Source: Candidatus Hydrothermarchaeales archaeon (GTDB lineage Archaea > Hydrothermarchaeota > Hydrothermarchaeia > Hydrothermarchaeales > JAZGAD01). Taken from it: a DNA stretch of 64,000 nt. A program made the position numbers and the translations under genes. The notes beneath the pieces were generated by a model, which saw only the letters and a list, made by a program, of their open reading frames with translations, had not been told where the DNA came from and did no database searches. The stretch spans positions 36,464-100,463 of the forward strand of contig JAZGAD010000012.1 in NCBI GenBank assembly GCA_036444275.1. Direction: 5' to 3'. Below, piece by piece: positions 9,839 through 19,048 of this stretch. Position 1 is the stretch's first letter; every line of letters starts with the position of its first letter.

Positions 9839-10627
9839 TTAAAATAGTGCCAACCCAAACAATACTGCGATAGCACCGAAGAAGAGGCAGAAGGAATCAA
9901 ACCTTAGTTTTCTTGATACGTCAAGGAGGAACCTAATGCCTACCAGGCTTGCAGCTAGAGAAAAGATGACTCCGGCAATAAGGTTAGAGGGTGCCACCCC
10001 ACTTAGCTCACCTCCAAATAATCCCAAGAAATTCGCACCCAAGATGGCCGGGATTGCCATTAAAAAGGAGATCTTTAAAGCTTCTCTTTGATCAAATCTC
10101 CTGAAGAGAAGGAGTGCGATAGTGGCACCGGATCTAGAAATGCCTGGCACTACCGCGATGCCCTGCGCAAAACCCACGAGGAGCATATCAGACAGGTTGC
10201 TTTCCGCCACGCTTTTGCTACCGGTTTCATCCGATGACCTCAAGAACAGGCCAGTAACGATGAGTCCAACGCCGATTAGTATGTTCACCTGGTTGCCCAT
10301 GGATTCAAGCAGCGAGCGTAGCTTGAGATAGATAGGTATGCCAACCACTGCAGTGGCAAGGGTGGAGATCACTAAAAACTCTAGATAGCTGCCTTTCCAT
10401 CTCTTTGCCCTTATAGATGTGTATATCTCCTTGATGTCGTTCCTGAAATAGATTACAACCGCAAGTAGACTGCCTAGATGGAGAAAAAAGGAGAGGCTAA
10501 GTGCCTTGAGCTGGTCTATGCCCATTAGGTTGAACATTACCAGCATACCCTGACCGGAGCTGCTTATGGGCAGCCACTCTATAACTCCCTGGAGGGCTCC
10601 AAGCAAAAGAGCTTGTAAAAGATTCAT
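9839..10627 (-). CDS. uppP: Undecaprenyl/polyprenyl-diphosphate phosphatase (BacA/UppP)
   Basis: QGVIEWLPISSSG and QGIAVVPGISRSGAT motifs; multiple TM helices. Confidence 0.92.
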   Translation of the reverse strand: MNLLQALLLGALQGVIEWLPISSSGQGMLVMFNLMGIDQLKALSLSFFLHLGSLLAVVIYFRNDIKEIYTSIRAKRWKGSYLEFLVISTLATAVVGIPIYLKLRSLLESMGNQVNILIGVGLIVTGLFLRSSDETGSKSVAESNLSDMLLVGFAQGIAVVPGISRSGATIALLLFRRFDQREALKISFLMAIPAILGANFLGLFGGELSGVAPSNLIAGVIFSLAASLVGIRFLLDVSRKLRFDSFCLFFGAIAVLFGLALF

Positions 10628-10718
10628 TTATCTATCTACCAGCCAATATTCAGGGTCCATCTAACTTTTATATATTTGTAAATATATGCGTAAAGTAGCG
10701 TTTAGAGAGGTTTCATTG

Positions 10719-11906
10719 ATGTACGACGTAGTTATAGTAGGCGGAGGCCCCTGCGGCTTGATTGCCGGGAAGGAGCTAGCAAGAAGGGGATACGAGGTCT
10801 GCATCGTGGAGGAGCACCAAGAGATCGGATACCCTGTACAGTGCTCTGGCCTATACAGCATTTCAGGCTTGAAGGCCCTCGGTCTAGAGCTCGACAGCAG
10901 TATAATCGCGAATACTATAAAGGGTGGCAGATTCTATTCTCCATCTGGGGAGGAGATACTCGCCTACTCTGACAATGAAAGGGCCAGGGTGGTGGAGAAG
11001 AAGCTCTTCGACAAATTCCTGGGTAGAGAAACAGCGAGGGCCGGTGCTGAGATTAAGCTCAAAACAAAGGTGCTGGGTATAGAAAGGAATAACGGGATTT
11101 CGGTTAAGGTAGAGGGAATCGAGGGCATAGAGGTATTGAAGTCGCAGCTCATTATAGGCGCAGATGGAATAAGGAGCAACATAGCGAGGTGGTGCGGTCT
11201 GCCAACGCCTAAGAAGATCGTGGCTGCATGCCAGGTAGAGGTGGAAGACGTAGATTTAGAGCAAGATATAGCTGAGATGTATTTCGGCCGGGAATACGCC
11301 CCTGATTTCTATGCCTGGATCCTGCCTAAGGGCGAGGTCTGCGAGATAGGTCTCGGTGTACGACGTGGGAATATGCCCCCAAGGAAATACCTGGAGAAGT
11401 TCATGAAGGAGCATCCCATAGCATCTAAGAAGATAAGGAGCAAGAGTATTCTAGAGGTAAACATGGGTGGGTTCTCGCTAGAGGTCGCTAAGGATACAGC
11501 AGCCGATAGAGTCATGATAGTCGGCGACGCCGCTGGACACACCAAGGCAAGCACAGGTGGAGGCGTAATCACAGGTGGGATAGCAGCCATTATCGCAGCT
11601 GAGGCTGGAGCAAAAGCCCTAGAAGCTGGAGATTTCTCAGAGGAATTCTTGAGGCGTGAGTATGATGATAGATGGAAAGAAGAGCTGGGCCTGCAGTTCA
11701 AGGTACATGAGGCCCTACGCAGGATGTTTGATTCTTTAACAGACGAGCAGCTGGACGCCCTCTTCGGCCTTGCTATCGAGGCAGAAGTACAGGAACTCAT
11801 GGTGAAGTACCCGGACACTGACCGCCCCTCTGAATTCGTCAAAGACCTAATGCAAGACGAGTGCATGGTTGGAGTGATGCAGAAATTCCTGGATTTCCCC
11901 TTATGA
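10719..11906 (+). CDS. Geranylgeranyl reductase family (DGGGPL reductase-like)
   Basis: YDVVIVGGGPCG, IGYPVQCSG, GADG, YAWILP and GDAAGHTKASTGGG motifs; start trimmed to ATG at 10719. Confidence 0.9.
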   Translation: MYDVVIVGGGPCGLIAGKELARRGYEVCIVEEHQEIGYPVQCSGLYSISGLKALGLELDSSIIANTIKGGRFYSPSGEEILAYSDNERARVVEKKLFDKFLGRETARAGAEIKLKTKVLGIERNNGISVKVEGIEGIEVLKSQLIIGADGIRSNIARWCGLPTPKKIVAACQVEVEDVDLEQDIAEMYFGREYAPDFYAWILPKGEVCEIGLGVRRGNMPPRKYLEKFMKEHPIASKKIRSKSILEVNMGGFSLEVAKDTAADRVMIVGDAAGHTKASTGGGVITGGIAAIIAAEAGAKALEAGDFSEEFLRREYDDRWKEELGLQFKVHEALRRMFDSLTDEQLDALFGLAIEAEVQELMVKYPDTDRPSEFVKDLMQDECMVGVMQKFLDFPL

Positions 11907-13181
11907 GATGAGCTCGATCATCTGGCCTTTCTTAAGCTTCATATCGCTATGGGGGAACCTTTCTTCAGATTTGTCTATAACCCTCAAAACCATGAAATCC
12001 AGCTCCCTAATCCTCTTCCCATCCAACTCTGAATCTATCTCTACAAACCGCTTTTTCCAGAAGCCCTTAGTGAAATCCGGCGAGGGTATCCTTAGTTCAT
12101 CCTTATCATGTTTTTCCACCAGGATGTCTACTATCCTTTTCCCAGCTTTTCCGTCTCCGAAGGGGTTCCTAGTTTGCTTCATCTTATCGTAGAGTTTTCT
12201 ATCGCCTAGAATAAGCTGCAGCTTCTCCAGGATATCCTCCTTTTTGACTCCAGCCAAAATATTGCCACCTGCATCTACGCTCTCAGGACGCTCGGTGGTT
12301 GTACGGAGTGTCAAGCAGGGCACCTTCAATGTTACAGCTTCTTCCTGGATACCACCTGAATCGGTAAGCACCAAGTCGGCACTGCTCATTGCATTGAGGA
12401 AGTCCAGATAGCCCATTGGTTCTACGATGGAGATGTTTCCCTTTTTCAGCTTCTCTATAAGCTTGAATTTTTCCAACATCTTTTTGGTCCTGGGATGAAC
12501 CGGAAAAATAATCTTTTGTTTTATCTCTATTAGAGCATCTACTATCCCAGATAGAACTTCGTATTTGTCTACATTCTCAGCTCTATGGAGGGTGAGGAGA
12601 AGATATCCCTCTGGGAGTTTGGAGGGCATCTTATTGGCGAGCTTCAGATTTTGCAGTGTTGCATCCACGATGGTATTTCCGACAATGAATATCTTGTCTG
12701 GGAATATTCCCTCATTTATCAGATTTAAACCAGCGCCGTCTGTTGGGGCGAAGAGCAGCTCGGAGCAGTGATCAGCTAGAATTCTGTTCACTTCTTCTGG
12801 CATGCGCTTGTCAAAGCTTCTTAAGCCAGCCTCTACATGGGCGAATGGTATATGCAGCTTGACGGCTGCCAAGGCACTGCTCAGGACTGAATTCGTGTCA
12901 CCCTCGGCAACGACGACATCTGGCTTCTCTTCAGCCATGAGTTTCTCAAGCTCCATCATTGCTAGTGAGGTCTGATATGCTTGGCTCCCAGATCCTACTT
13001 CCACGTCGTAGTCCGGCTCTCTGAGCTCTAAGTCACTGATGAATCTGTCGAAAAGAGGCTCGTCGTAGTGCTGCCCAGTAGTAACGAATATGTATCCTAT
13101 CCCTCTTGCTTCAAGCTCCCTCATCACCGGGGAGAGCTTTATCAATTCAGGGCGGGTGCTTGCGACTATGAAGGGTTTCAT
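11901..13181 (-). CDS. wecB: UDP-N-acetylglucosamine 2-epimerase (non-hydrolysing) with C-terminal RCK_C-like extension
   Basis: TRPELIK, TGQHYD, GDTNS, HVEAGLRS, LHRAEN, TDSGGIQEEA, TERPE and NPFGDG motifs. Confidence 0.93.
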   Translation of the reverse strand: MKPFIVASTRPELIKLSPVMRELEARGIGYIFVTTGQHYDEPLFDRFISDLELREPDYDVEVGSGSQAYQTSLAMMELEKLMAEEKPDVVVAEGDTNSVLSSALAAVKLHIPFAHVEAGLRSFDKRMPEEVNRILADHCSELLFAPTDGAGLNLINEGIFPDKIFIVGNTIVDATLQNLKLANKMPSKLPEGYLLLTLHRAENVDKYEVLSGIVDALIEIKQKIIFPVHPRTKKMLEKFKLIEKLKKGNISIVEPMGYLDFLNAMSSADLVLTDSGGIQEEAVTLKVPCLTLRTTTERPESVDAGGNILAGVKKEDILEKLQLILGDRKLYDKMKQTRNPFGDGKAGKRIVDILVEKHDKDELRIPSPDFTKGFWKKRFVEIDSELDGKRIRELDFMVLRVIDKSEERFPHSDMKLKKGQMIELIS

Positions 13182-13237
13182 CCCAGAGAAATAAAGCGCA
13201 AATATGGATATATAGGTTGCCCCAGGAGGTTCATTCC

Positions 13238-14251
13238 TTATTTTATGAATTCCTTCTCAAATAGCTCCAGATGATCTTTCTCCCCTATTATTATCAATAC
13301 ATCGCCAGATTCTATTAGGGCATCAGCCCTTGGGTGTATCTTGAGTTTCTCGCCTTTTTTAATTCCCATCACCGTGACGCCGGCCTTTGACCTTATCTTA
13401 GACTCTCCAATGGTCTTTCCAGCCAACTTGTCGCCCCCTGTAACGGTTACCTCTTCAACTCCTATTTCAATGCCTATATCCTCGATGAGCATGTCCATGA
13501 AGTCGGCTACTTCTGGGTGAATTACAGCCCTCGCCATCTTGGTCCCACCCGAGATCTCAGGCGATATTACCTTGCTAACACCGATCCTCTGCAGCTTCTT
13601 CCTGGTCTCAGGCATTTTTGCCCTAGCTATGATATTTATGTCCTCGTTTAGATCTTTGGCAGTCATCGCTACCAGGAGGTTTTGGGCATCATCGTTCAAA
13701 GCCGTTAGGAACCCTAGGGCGTTTTCTACGTTCGCTTGCATAAGGACACTTTCTATGGCGGCATCTCCCACGACCACTGGAATGCCCATCTTGATGACCT
13801 CCTCGGCAACAGTTTGATCCTTATCCACGACCACGATGTCCTTTACGCCGCCGCTTTTCAACACCTCAACCGCTCTTCTGCCAACTGCGCCGAACCCGCA
13901 TACCACGATGTGAGCCTTCATGTCTTTTATCTTCTTTTCCATCCTTACCATCCCGAGTATATCGCTTATCTCCTCTTCCACAAGCAAACCGATTATGTTC
14001 CAGGAAGCGTATAATACTATCCCAACCCCGAAGATCATGAGAAATGAAGTAAAAAGTCTTCCCTCCTCGGTAATCGGCACAAGGTCTCCATAGCCTACTG
14101 TTGTAAGGGTGGTAATGGTTAGGTAAAATGCTTCAGCTAGATCCATTTCCTCTATAAAGACAAAGCCACTTACTCCTATGGCGATTACGAAAAAAAGTAG
14201 GAAGAGGACCTTTATGATCCTCCGGTAGATCGGTATTTCAAAGTAAGTCAT
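13238..14251 (-). CDS. MthK-like potassium channel with RCK_N and RCK_C domains
   Basis: TTVGYGD selectivity filter, two TM helices, CGFGAVG Rossmann motif, TrkA_C tail. Confidence 0.93.
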   Translation of the reverse strand: MTYFEIPIYRRIIKVLFLLFFVIAIGVSGFVFIEEMDLAEAFYLTITTLTTVGYGDLVPITEEGRLFTSFLMIFGVGIVLYASWNIIGLLVEEEISDILGMVRMEKKIKDMKAHIVVCGFGAVGRRAVEVLKSGGVKDIVVVDKDQTVAEEVIKMGIPVVVGDAAIESVLMQANVENALGFLTALNDDAQNLLVAMTAKDLNEDINIIARAKMPETRKKLQRIGVSKVISPEISGGTKMARAVIHPEVADFMDMLIEDIGIEIGVEEVTVTGGDKLAGKTIGESKIRSKAGVTVMGIKKGEKLKIHPRADALIESGDVLIIIGEKDHLELFEKEFIK

Positions 14252-14271
14252 GCTTATCCATCACCTTGCTC

Positions 14272-15216
14272 TTATTTTACCTTTTCAATTTCCTCGATGA
14301 AATCCGGGAACAGGAGCTTCAGGGGGCCGCTGTCTTTGGGAAGCTCGCCAGTTTCGCCGTAGATCAAGGAGGACAGCATTACGTCAGCCGTGGCTGCAGC
14401 TGGAAACATCCATGGTGCGCTCTCGATTGGCCCGTAAAGGAGGAAGTCATTCCATAGTACTCCTAATGCATGAGCAGCGCTATCTACGCCAGCGAAGCCC
14501 AGCTTGCCCCACTTCTCTTTCGGTACCTTCCACATATCAGTGCCGTTAGCTGGAGCGCAGCCTGCAGGCAAGCCGAACTTCTCTTTCACTCTACGATTAG
14601 CTAGAAAAGAAAAGGCACTTGAGGGTATGCTCAGCACCGAGGTGTCAACGAGGATATTCTCTACGCCAGCTTCTTTGGCTCTCGGCAGAAGCCTCTCCAG
14701 CACTTTCAGCCTACCTTCAGTGGTTTTATCGTCAGGGTTAAAGCATACCAAGATTGCATTCCTTATTCCAAGCTTTTTCAGCTCCTTAATCTCTTTCTCC
14801 AAGTCCTCACTCCACGGTGCTATGCTACTGTAGATTGCCCTATCCTGTAGCTTCTGCTCTGCAATATACCTCGCTGCTGCCAGCTTGGGCTTTAACTTCC
14901 AAATGTCGATGGAAAAGGGCATGTCAGTAATGCTGGTTACAAAGTCTATATAGGTGCAGATCTCCTCTGGAAAGTTAGCCACTATGTCAAGCATCCCGGG
15001 AATACCGGTCTCGTCAGACAACACTTCTTGCCTGTTGATGAGCTCTTCAGTGCGTTTCTTATCAAATTCACAGCGTTTCCTGCTCTTTACTACTTTGTGG
15101 CCGGCATAGAATATGGTCCCGAACAGCGCAGTGGGATGCTCCCCTGGTTGCCCCCCTATCTCTATCCCGCCTATATCGCATACCTTCTGCTTCATTTCGA
15201 ACTTCAGCTTAAGCAT
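14272..15216 (-). CDS. mtrH: MtrH-like methyl-corrinoid:tetrahydromethanopterin methyltransferase
   Basis: GGQPGEHPTALFGTIFYAGH and DFLLYGPIE motifs; start at ATG 15216 after a GGTGAGG RBS. Confidence 0.88.
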   Translation of the reverse strand: MLKLKFEMKQKVCDIGGIEIGGQPGEHPTALFGTIFYAGHKVVKSRKRCEFDKKRTEELINRQEVLSDETGIPGMLDIVANFPEEICTYIDFVTSITDMPFSIDIWKLKPKLAAARYIAEQKLQDRAIYSSIAPWSEDLEKEIKELKKLGIRNAILVCFNPDDKTTEGRLKVLERLLPRAKEAGVENILVDTSVLSIPSSAFSFLANRRVKEKFGLPAGCAPANGTDMWKVPKEKWGKLGFAGVDSAAHALGVLWNDFLLYGPIESAPWMFPAAATADVMLSSLIYGETGELPKDSGPLKLLFPDFIEEIEKVK

Positions 15217-15224
15217 AAATAACC

Positions 15225-17126
15225 TCACCATACGTGCTTTACATGAGGGAATTCGTCCACCATGTGTGGGAAGTGCATAGCCTGTATGAACTCTGTCTGA
15301 AAATCTGGATCAACGGTGAGCTCTATGTAATGTATCCTCCTAGCCAGATCATTGGCTTCTTCCCTCTTTTTCTTGTTTATGAGGGCTATCCTTGCTCCAT
15401 CGCCAGCTGCATTCCCAACGGCAAGGACATTTTTCAAGTCACAGTCCGGGTATAAGCCGATTACCATTGCAGCTTCCTTGTCGATATAGTTCCCAAAGGC
15501 GCCAGCTAGGAGCACTTTGTCGACTTTGTCAGTGCCGTAATGCTTCATCAGAATCTTGGAGCCAGCGTACATAGCACCCTTACCAAGTTGAATAGCTCTT
15601 ACATCGCCGAGGGTTATGCTTATCTCCTTCCCGGTAGCACTCTCCTTCTTACCGACTAGCACGAATTCTGGCCCCTCTTTACCCTTCTTGAGCCTCGGTG
15701 TATCTATCTCAGTATTGAAGGTTCCATTCTTCCTTATAATCCCAGCCTTAAACATCTCTGCTACTCCATCTATTATACCAGAACCGCATATTCCACGAGG
15801 CTTCACAATGTCTTCGTCGTCTCCTAGGACTTTGAATTGCACCTCATAGTCGGGGTTTATCGTCAAGTGCTCTATGGCTCCTGGAGCCGCGCGCATCCCA
15901 TGCTTTATATGTGCACCTTCAAAAGCCGGACCAGTTGCACAGGAAGTGGACAGCAATTTATCCTTGTTTCCAAGGACGATCTCGCCATTGGTGCCTATAT
16001 CTATAGTTAAGACTACTTTGGACTGCTTATACGGCTCGGTAGCTATAAGGACACCCACATTGTCAGCGCCTACGAAGCCTGCCTCTATCGGGAGCATGTG
16101 GACATTAGCTCCTCTTCCAATCCCTAGTCCCAGTTCTCTGGCTTTGAGGTCGTAGGAATGATGTATCACGGGTGGAAAAGGCGACAGACCAACGAACTCT
16201 GGGTTGAGTCTGAGGAATATGTGGTGCATCGCAGTGTTGCCCACGACAGTCATCTCTAAGATATCTTCCTGGGATATGCCTATTGCTCCTGCTGTGTTTG
16301 CCGCTATCTTATTCAGTCCTTCTATGATAGCAGAGTGCATCTTCTCTAAGCCATCGTCGTGGGTCATGGCATACGTAATACGGGACATGACATCTTCACC
16401 AAAGGCTACTTGGGGATTCATCATGGAATCCAGCGCAACTACCTCGCCTGTGTTGATATCGGTAAGATAACCCGCCACAGTGGTTGTGCCGATATCTACA
16501 GCTAGCCCATAGCTCTTTTCCACAAGCCCCGGCTGAACCGCTATTATCTTATCGCCCCAGGTAGTGACGGTAACCTTCCATTCGCCTTTCCTCAGTACAC
16601 TTGGGAGCGCCTTCAAAATATCGTAGTCTACGTTCAGCTTCTCTAGTCCATGTACCTTTTCGAGCTCCCTCGTCAGGCGCTCTAGATCACCTGTAGGATC
16701 ATCGAGTTTTGCAGGCTCTAATTCCACATAGTACTTCCGTATCACTGGATCGATGTCTATCACTATCTTTCTAGCCCCTTTCCTTACTATCTGCTTACCC
16801 CCCCGGCTCTCCTCAGGGACAAAGAGGAGGATATCGCCAATAACCTTCGCGGCACAGGAAAGCCTATAATTAGACGCGATTTCTTCTGCTTTCAGCTTCT
16901 TTTTTTCCCCTTCCTCAAGCTTAGATAGATTAGCCGACCTAGAGTCTATGCCGTATTTCTCGAAAAAGCCCTCTTGAATCACGATCTTGCATTTGCCGCA
17001 GGTTTGTTTGCCCCCGCAGATGGATTCTATCTCAACACCCAGCTCATGGGCCGCATCTCTGATACTCGTCCCTTCTTCCACCAAGCCTCTTCTTCCAGAG
17101 GGCTGGAATATCACAGTATACTCCAT
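15225..17126 (-). CDS. ASKHA-fold reductive activator of corrinoid proteins (RACo/DUF4445) with N-terminal [2Fe-2S] domain
   Basis: CGGKQTCGKC...RLSC ferredoxin; DIGTTTV, GEDVMSRI, DIGTNGE, CATGPAFEG, GICGSG and LAGAFG motifs. Confidence 0.93.
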   Translation of the reverse strand: MEYTVIFQPSGRRGLVEEGTSIRDAAHELGVEIESICGGKQTCGKCKIVIQEGFFEKYGIDSRSANLSKLEEGEKKKLKAEEIASNYRLSCAAKVIGDILLFVPEESRGGKQIVRKGARKIVIDIDPVIRKYYVELEPAKLDDPTGDLERLTRELEKVHGLEKLNVDYDILKALPSVLRKGEWKVTVTTWGDKIIAVQPGLVEKSYGLAVDIGTTTVAGYLTDINTGEVVALDSMMNPQVAFGEDVMSRITYAMTHDDGLEKMHSAIIEGLNKIAANTAGAIGISQEDILEMTVVGNTAMHHIFLRLNPEFVGLSPFPPVIHHSYDLKARELGLGIGRGANVHMLPIEAGFVGADNVGVLIATEPYKQSKVVLTIDIGTNGEIVLGNKDKLLSTSCATGPAFEGAHIKHGMRAAPGAIEHLTINPDYEVQFKVLGDDEDIVKPRGICGSGIIDGVAEMFKAGIIRKNGTFNTEIDTPRLKKGKEGPEFVLVGKKESATGKEISITLGDVRAIQLGKGAMYAGSKILMKHYGTDKVDKVLLAGAFGNYIDKEAAMVIGLYPDCDLKNVLAVGNAAGDGARIALINKKKREEANDLARRIHYIELTVDPDFQTEFIQAMHFPHMVDEFPHVKHVW

Positions 17127-17211
17127 ACATTCTTCTTTAGCTTACCTTATTAAAGTTTTAATCCCCTATTTCAAAGCTAATTTTAAGTTTAAATCAGGAT
17201 ATTAAAACAAG

Positions 17212-17366
17212 TGCGGACTTGATCCGGGCAGAAAGTCTCGATAACCCAAACCGAAGTTCAAGTTAGCGGTTCTTTCGTACAAATCCTTACTCCGAAGAGT
17301 AACTGATTTGCCGTCCCATCCCTTATCATTGACAAGAAGATGTTCACAACTCGATCCAAATCCGCA
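17212..17366 (-). ncRNA. Unclassified structured non-coding RNA (~155 nt)
   Basis: Paired ends (UGCGGAUUUGGAUC/GAUCAAGUCCGCA), two C(UUCG)G-capped hairpins, G-U pairs only on the minus strand, TATA box ~30 nt upstream, U-rich tail. Confidence 0.8.
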
Positions 17367-17388
17367 GTATAATATAGTATCTTGAGAT

Positions 17389-17401
17389 ATTTATAATTTT
17401 C
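17389..17401 (-). promoter_or_regulatory. BRE/TATA promoter for the ncRNA
   Basis: Minus strand GAAAA-TTATAAAT; the first T lies 30 nt from the first paired base of the RNA. Confidence 0.65.
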
Positions 17402-17446
17402 TATAGATGCCCATATAGCCGCCGCGCTACGGCATAGAAGATGATA

Positions 17447-19039
17447 TTATTGGAGTGCAACTTTTCTCTCCTTAAGTCTTTCATCTACGTCGCTACCGAG
17501 CATGCAAGGCGGTCTAGGAATCTTGACAAAGAGCGGGACGTCGAAGAGCTCATAGTCCACCAATTTATCCCCTTTTCCAAACCTCCTAATTTTGCCCTTG
17601 ATCTCCTCTGAGAACTTCTTGTAGAGGAGGTCTCCAAGTTCAGCTCCCTTGGTCTTGCCATAGATGTCTGTAGAGACATTTCCTATGATGTTCTGATTCA
17701 CCCTCGACTTGAATTGTTCAGCTCCAAACAAGGCCATTCCAATGCTCCTGCCCCTAGCGCTTATATCTACCAATCTAGCCTTGAGGGAGGCAACATCAGG
17801 CGATGCGTGAGCCGGTGCATACTTGTTTAATTCGTCCATGAATATTATTAGTTTGTCCACCCTGAGCTTCTTGGCTTCTAAGCGCCCTATGAATTCAGTG
17901 ATCACCTTCTCGAAGACCAGCTTCCTCGGATAGAAACCGAGTTGTTGTATATCCACAACCCACACTTCTCTATCCTCCAAGTCATCGTAAGGCAGCTCCA
18001 GCACCTCGTCGGCATAGCTTGTTATCAGGCCGCCGTACTTGGATTCCAGTCCCTTGAGTTGGTTGTAGAGTTTTCCCCAAGTGGCTTTGTAGCTGCCTTT
18101 GACTAGCTCTGTCCACGCCCTGTCGTCTGATAGGAGTTCTTCCCGCATAAAGTTCAGGATCTGGGAGAAAGAAGTTAGTCTCCTGTCTTTGGACATCCTC
18201 TTCAAGTCATAAAAAGCTGTATCCAGCTTCTCCTTCTGGTCCTGGTCTCCAGCTTTCAGCAGTGATGGAATGAAGTCTTCTACTTCTAAGTAGCCCCATC
18301 TGAAGGGTTCTACCTGCTTTCGCAACGACCTTGCCCCAGATAATATGTCTAGAGGGGCGAAGAATCTAGCTTTAAAGGCATTCGGTTCTATCCCACAGTT
18401 ACTGTATACCTCCAGGTCCTCTATTGTAAGCCTCGATGAATCCATATCCACGTATAACAGGTCATCGCTCTTTATATTGAATAAAATACATGCCACTTTG
18501 GATTTCGAGTGGGTGAAGATAGAGCTCAGAAGGAACAGTACAGTTGAGGTCTTCGTGCCGAGGCCAGACATCCCTGAGATGTTGATATGTGCCCCTTCAT
18601 ATCCTAAGATGTAGTTCTCGTCTATACGCACCGGTATTCTAGCTCCATCGGTGTTGATGAATACACCAACAGGGATATCACATCCCTCTAGGTTGAAGAG
18701 TTCTTCTAGTTCCTTTTTTGAGGGATAATAGACCTTTCCATGCCTTAGAGGCCTGTCCAGGTCCTGCTTCAGTACCCTTGCTTTGCATACTATGACCGAC
18801 TGCTCCTCGTTAGGAATCTTGAGTGCTGGATCGCCTCCTCTGGAGAGTTGATGCATCAGGAAGTCCTCTACCTCTGAGTAGCTCTCCATAGCCTCAATAG
18901 CTCCGTAAACTTGTTTACCGTCAGCATCCACCCTAACTACAGAGCCTACCGCTACAGTATCCTCCTCATTGGGAATCCAGAAATGAAACTCCTCAGGCGT
19001 ATTCGGCCTGTTCTTGGTTCCAACTACTGTCCCGATCAT
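17447..19039 (-). CDS. herA: HerA-family ATPase/helicase (bacterial Deinococcus/cyanobacterial-like subtype)
   Basis: N-terminal HAS barrel, atypical Walker A HINISGMSGLGTKTS, Walker B IFMDELNKYAP, RGRSIG.ALFGAEQ. Confidence 0.85.
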   Translation of the reverse strand: MIGTVVGTKNRPNTPEEFHFWIPNEEDTVAVGSVVRVDADGKQVYGAIEAMESYSEVEDFLMHQLSRGGDPALKIPNEEQSVIVCKARVLKQDLDRPLRHGKVYYPSKKELEELFNLEGCDIPVGVFINTDGARIPVRIDENYILGYEGAHINISGMSGLGTKTSTVLFLLSSIFTHSKSKVACILFNIKSDDLLYVDMDSSRLTIEDLEVYSNCGIEPNAFKARFFAPLDILSGARSLRKQVEPFRWGYLEVEDFIPSLLKAGDQDQKEKLDTAFYDLKRMSKDRRLTSFSQILNFMREELLSDDRAWTELVKGSYKATWGKLYNQLKGLESKYGGLITSYADEVLELPYDDLEDREVWVVDIQQLGFYPRKLVFEKVITEFIGRLEAKKLRVDKLIIFMDELNKYAPAHASPDVASLKARLVDISARGRSIGMALFGAEQFKSRVNQNIIGNVSTDIYGKTKGAELGDLLYKKFSEEIKGKIRRFGKGDKLVDYELFDVPLFVKIPRPPCMLGSDVDERLKERKVALQ

Positions 19040-19048
19040 GGTATCGCC

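Noticed and set aside
17212-17366. Assignment of the structured RNA to a c-di-GMP-I, THF, c-di-AMP or cobalamin riboswitch, or a group I intron P/Q core
   Set aside because: Only short fragments resemble these (GGCAAA, ACGAAAG, GCUAAC, AAUCCGCAG). The architecture does not fit, and the intron-like reading is on the strand that loses the G-U pairs and UUCG loops.
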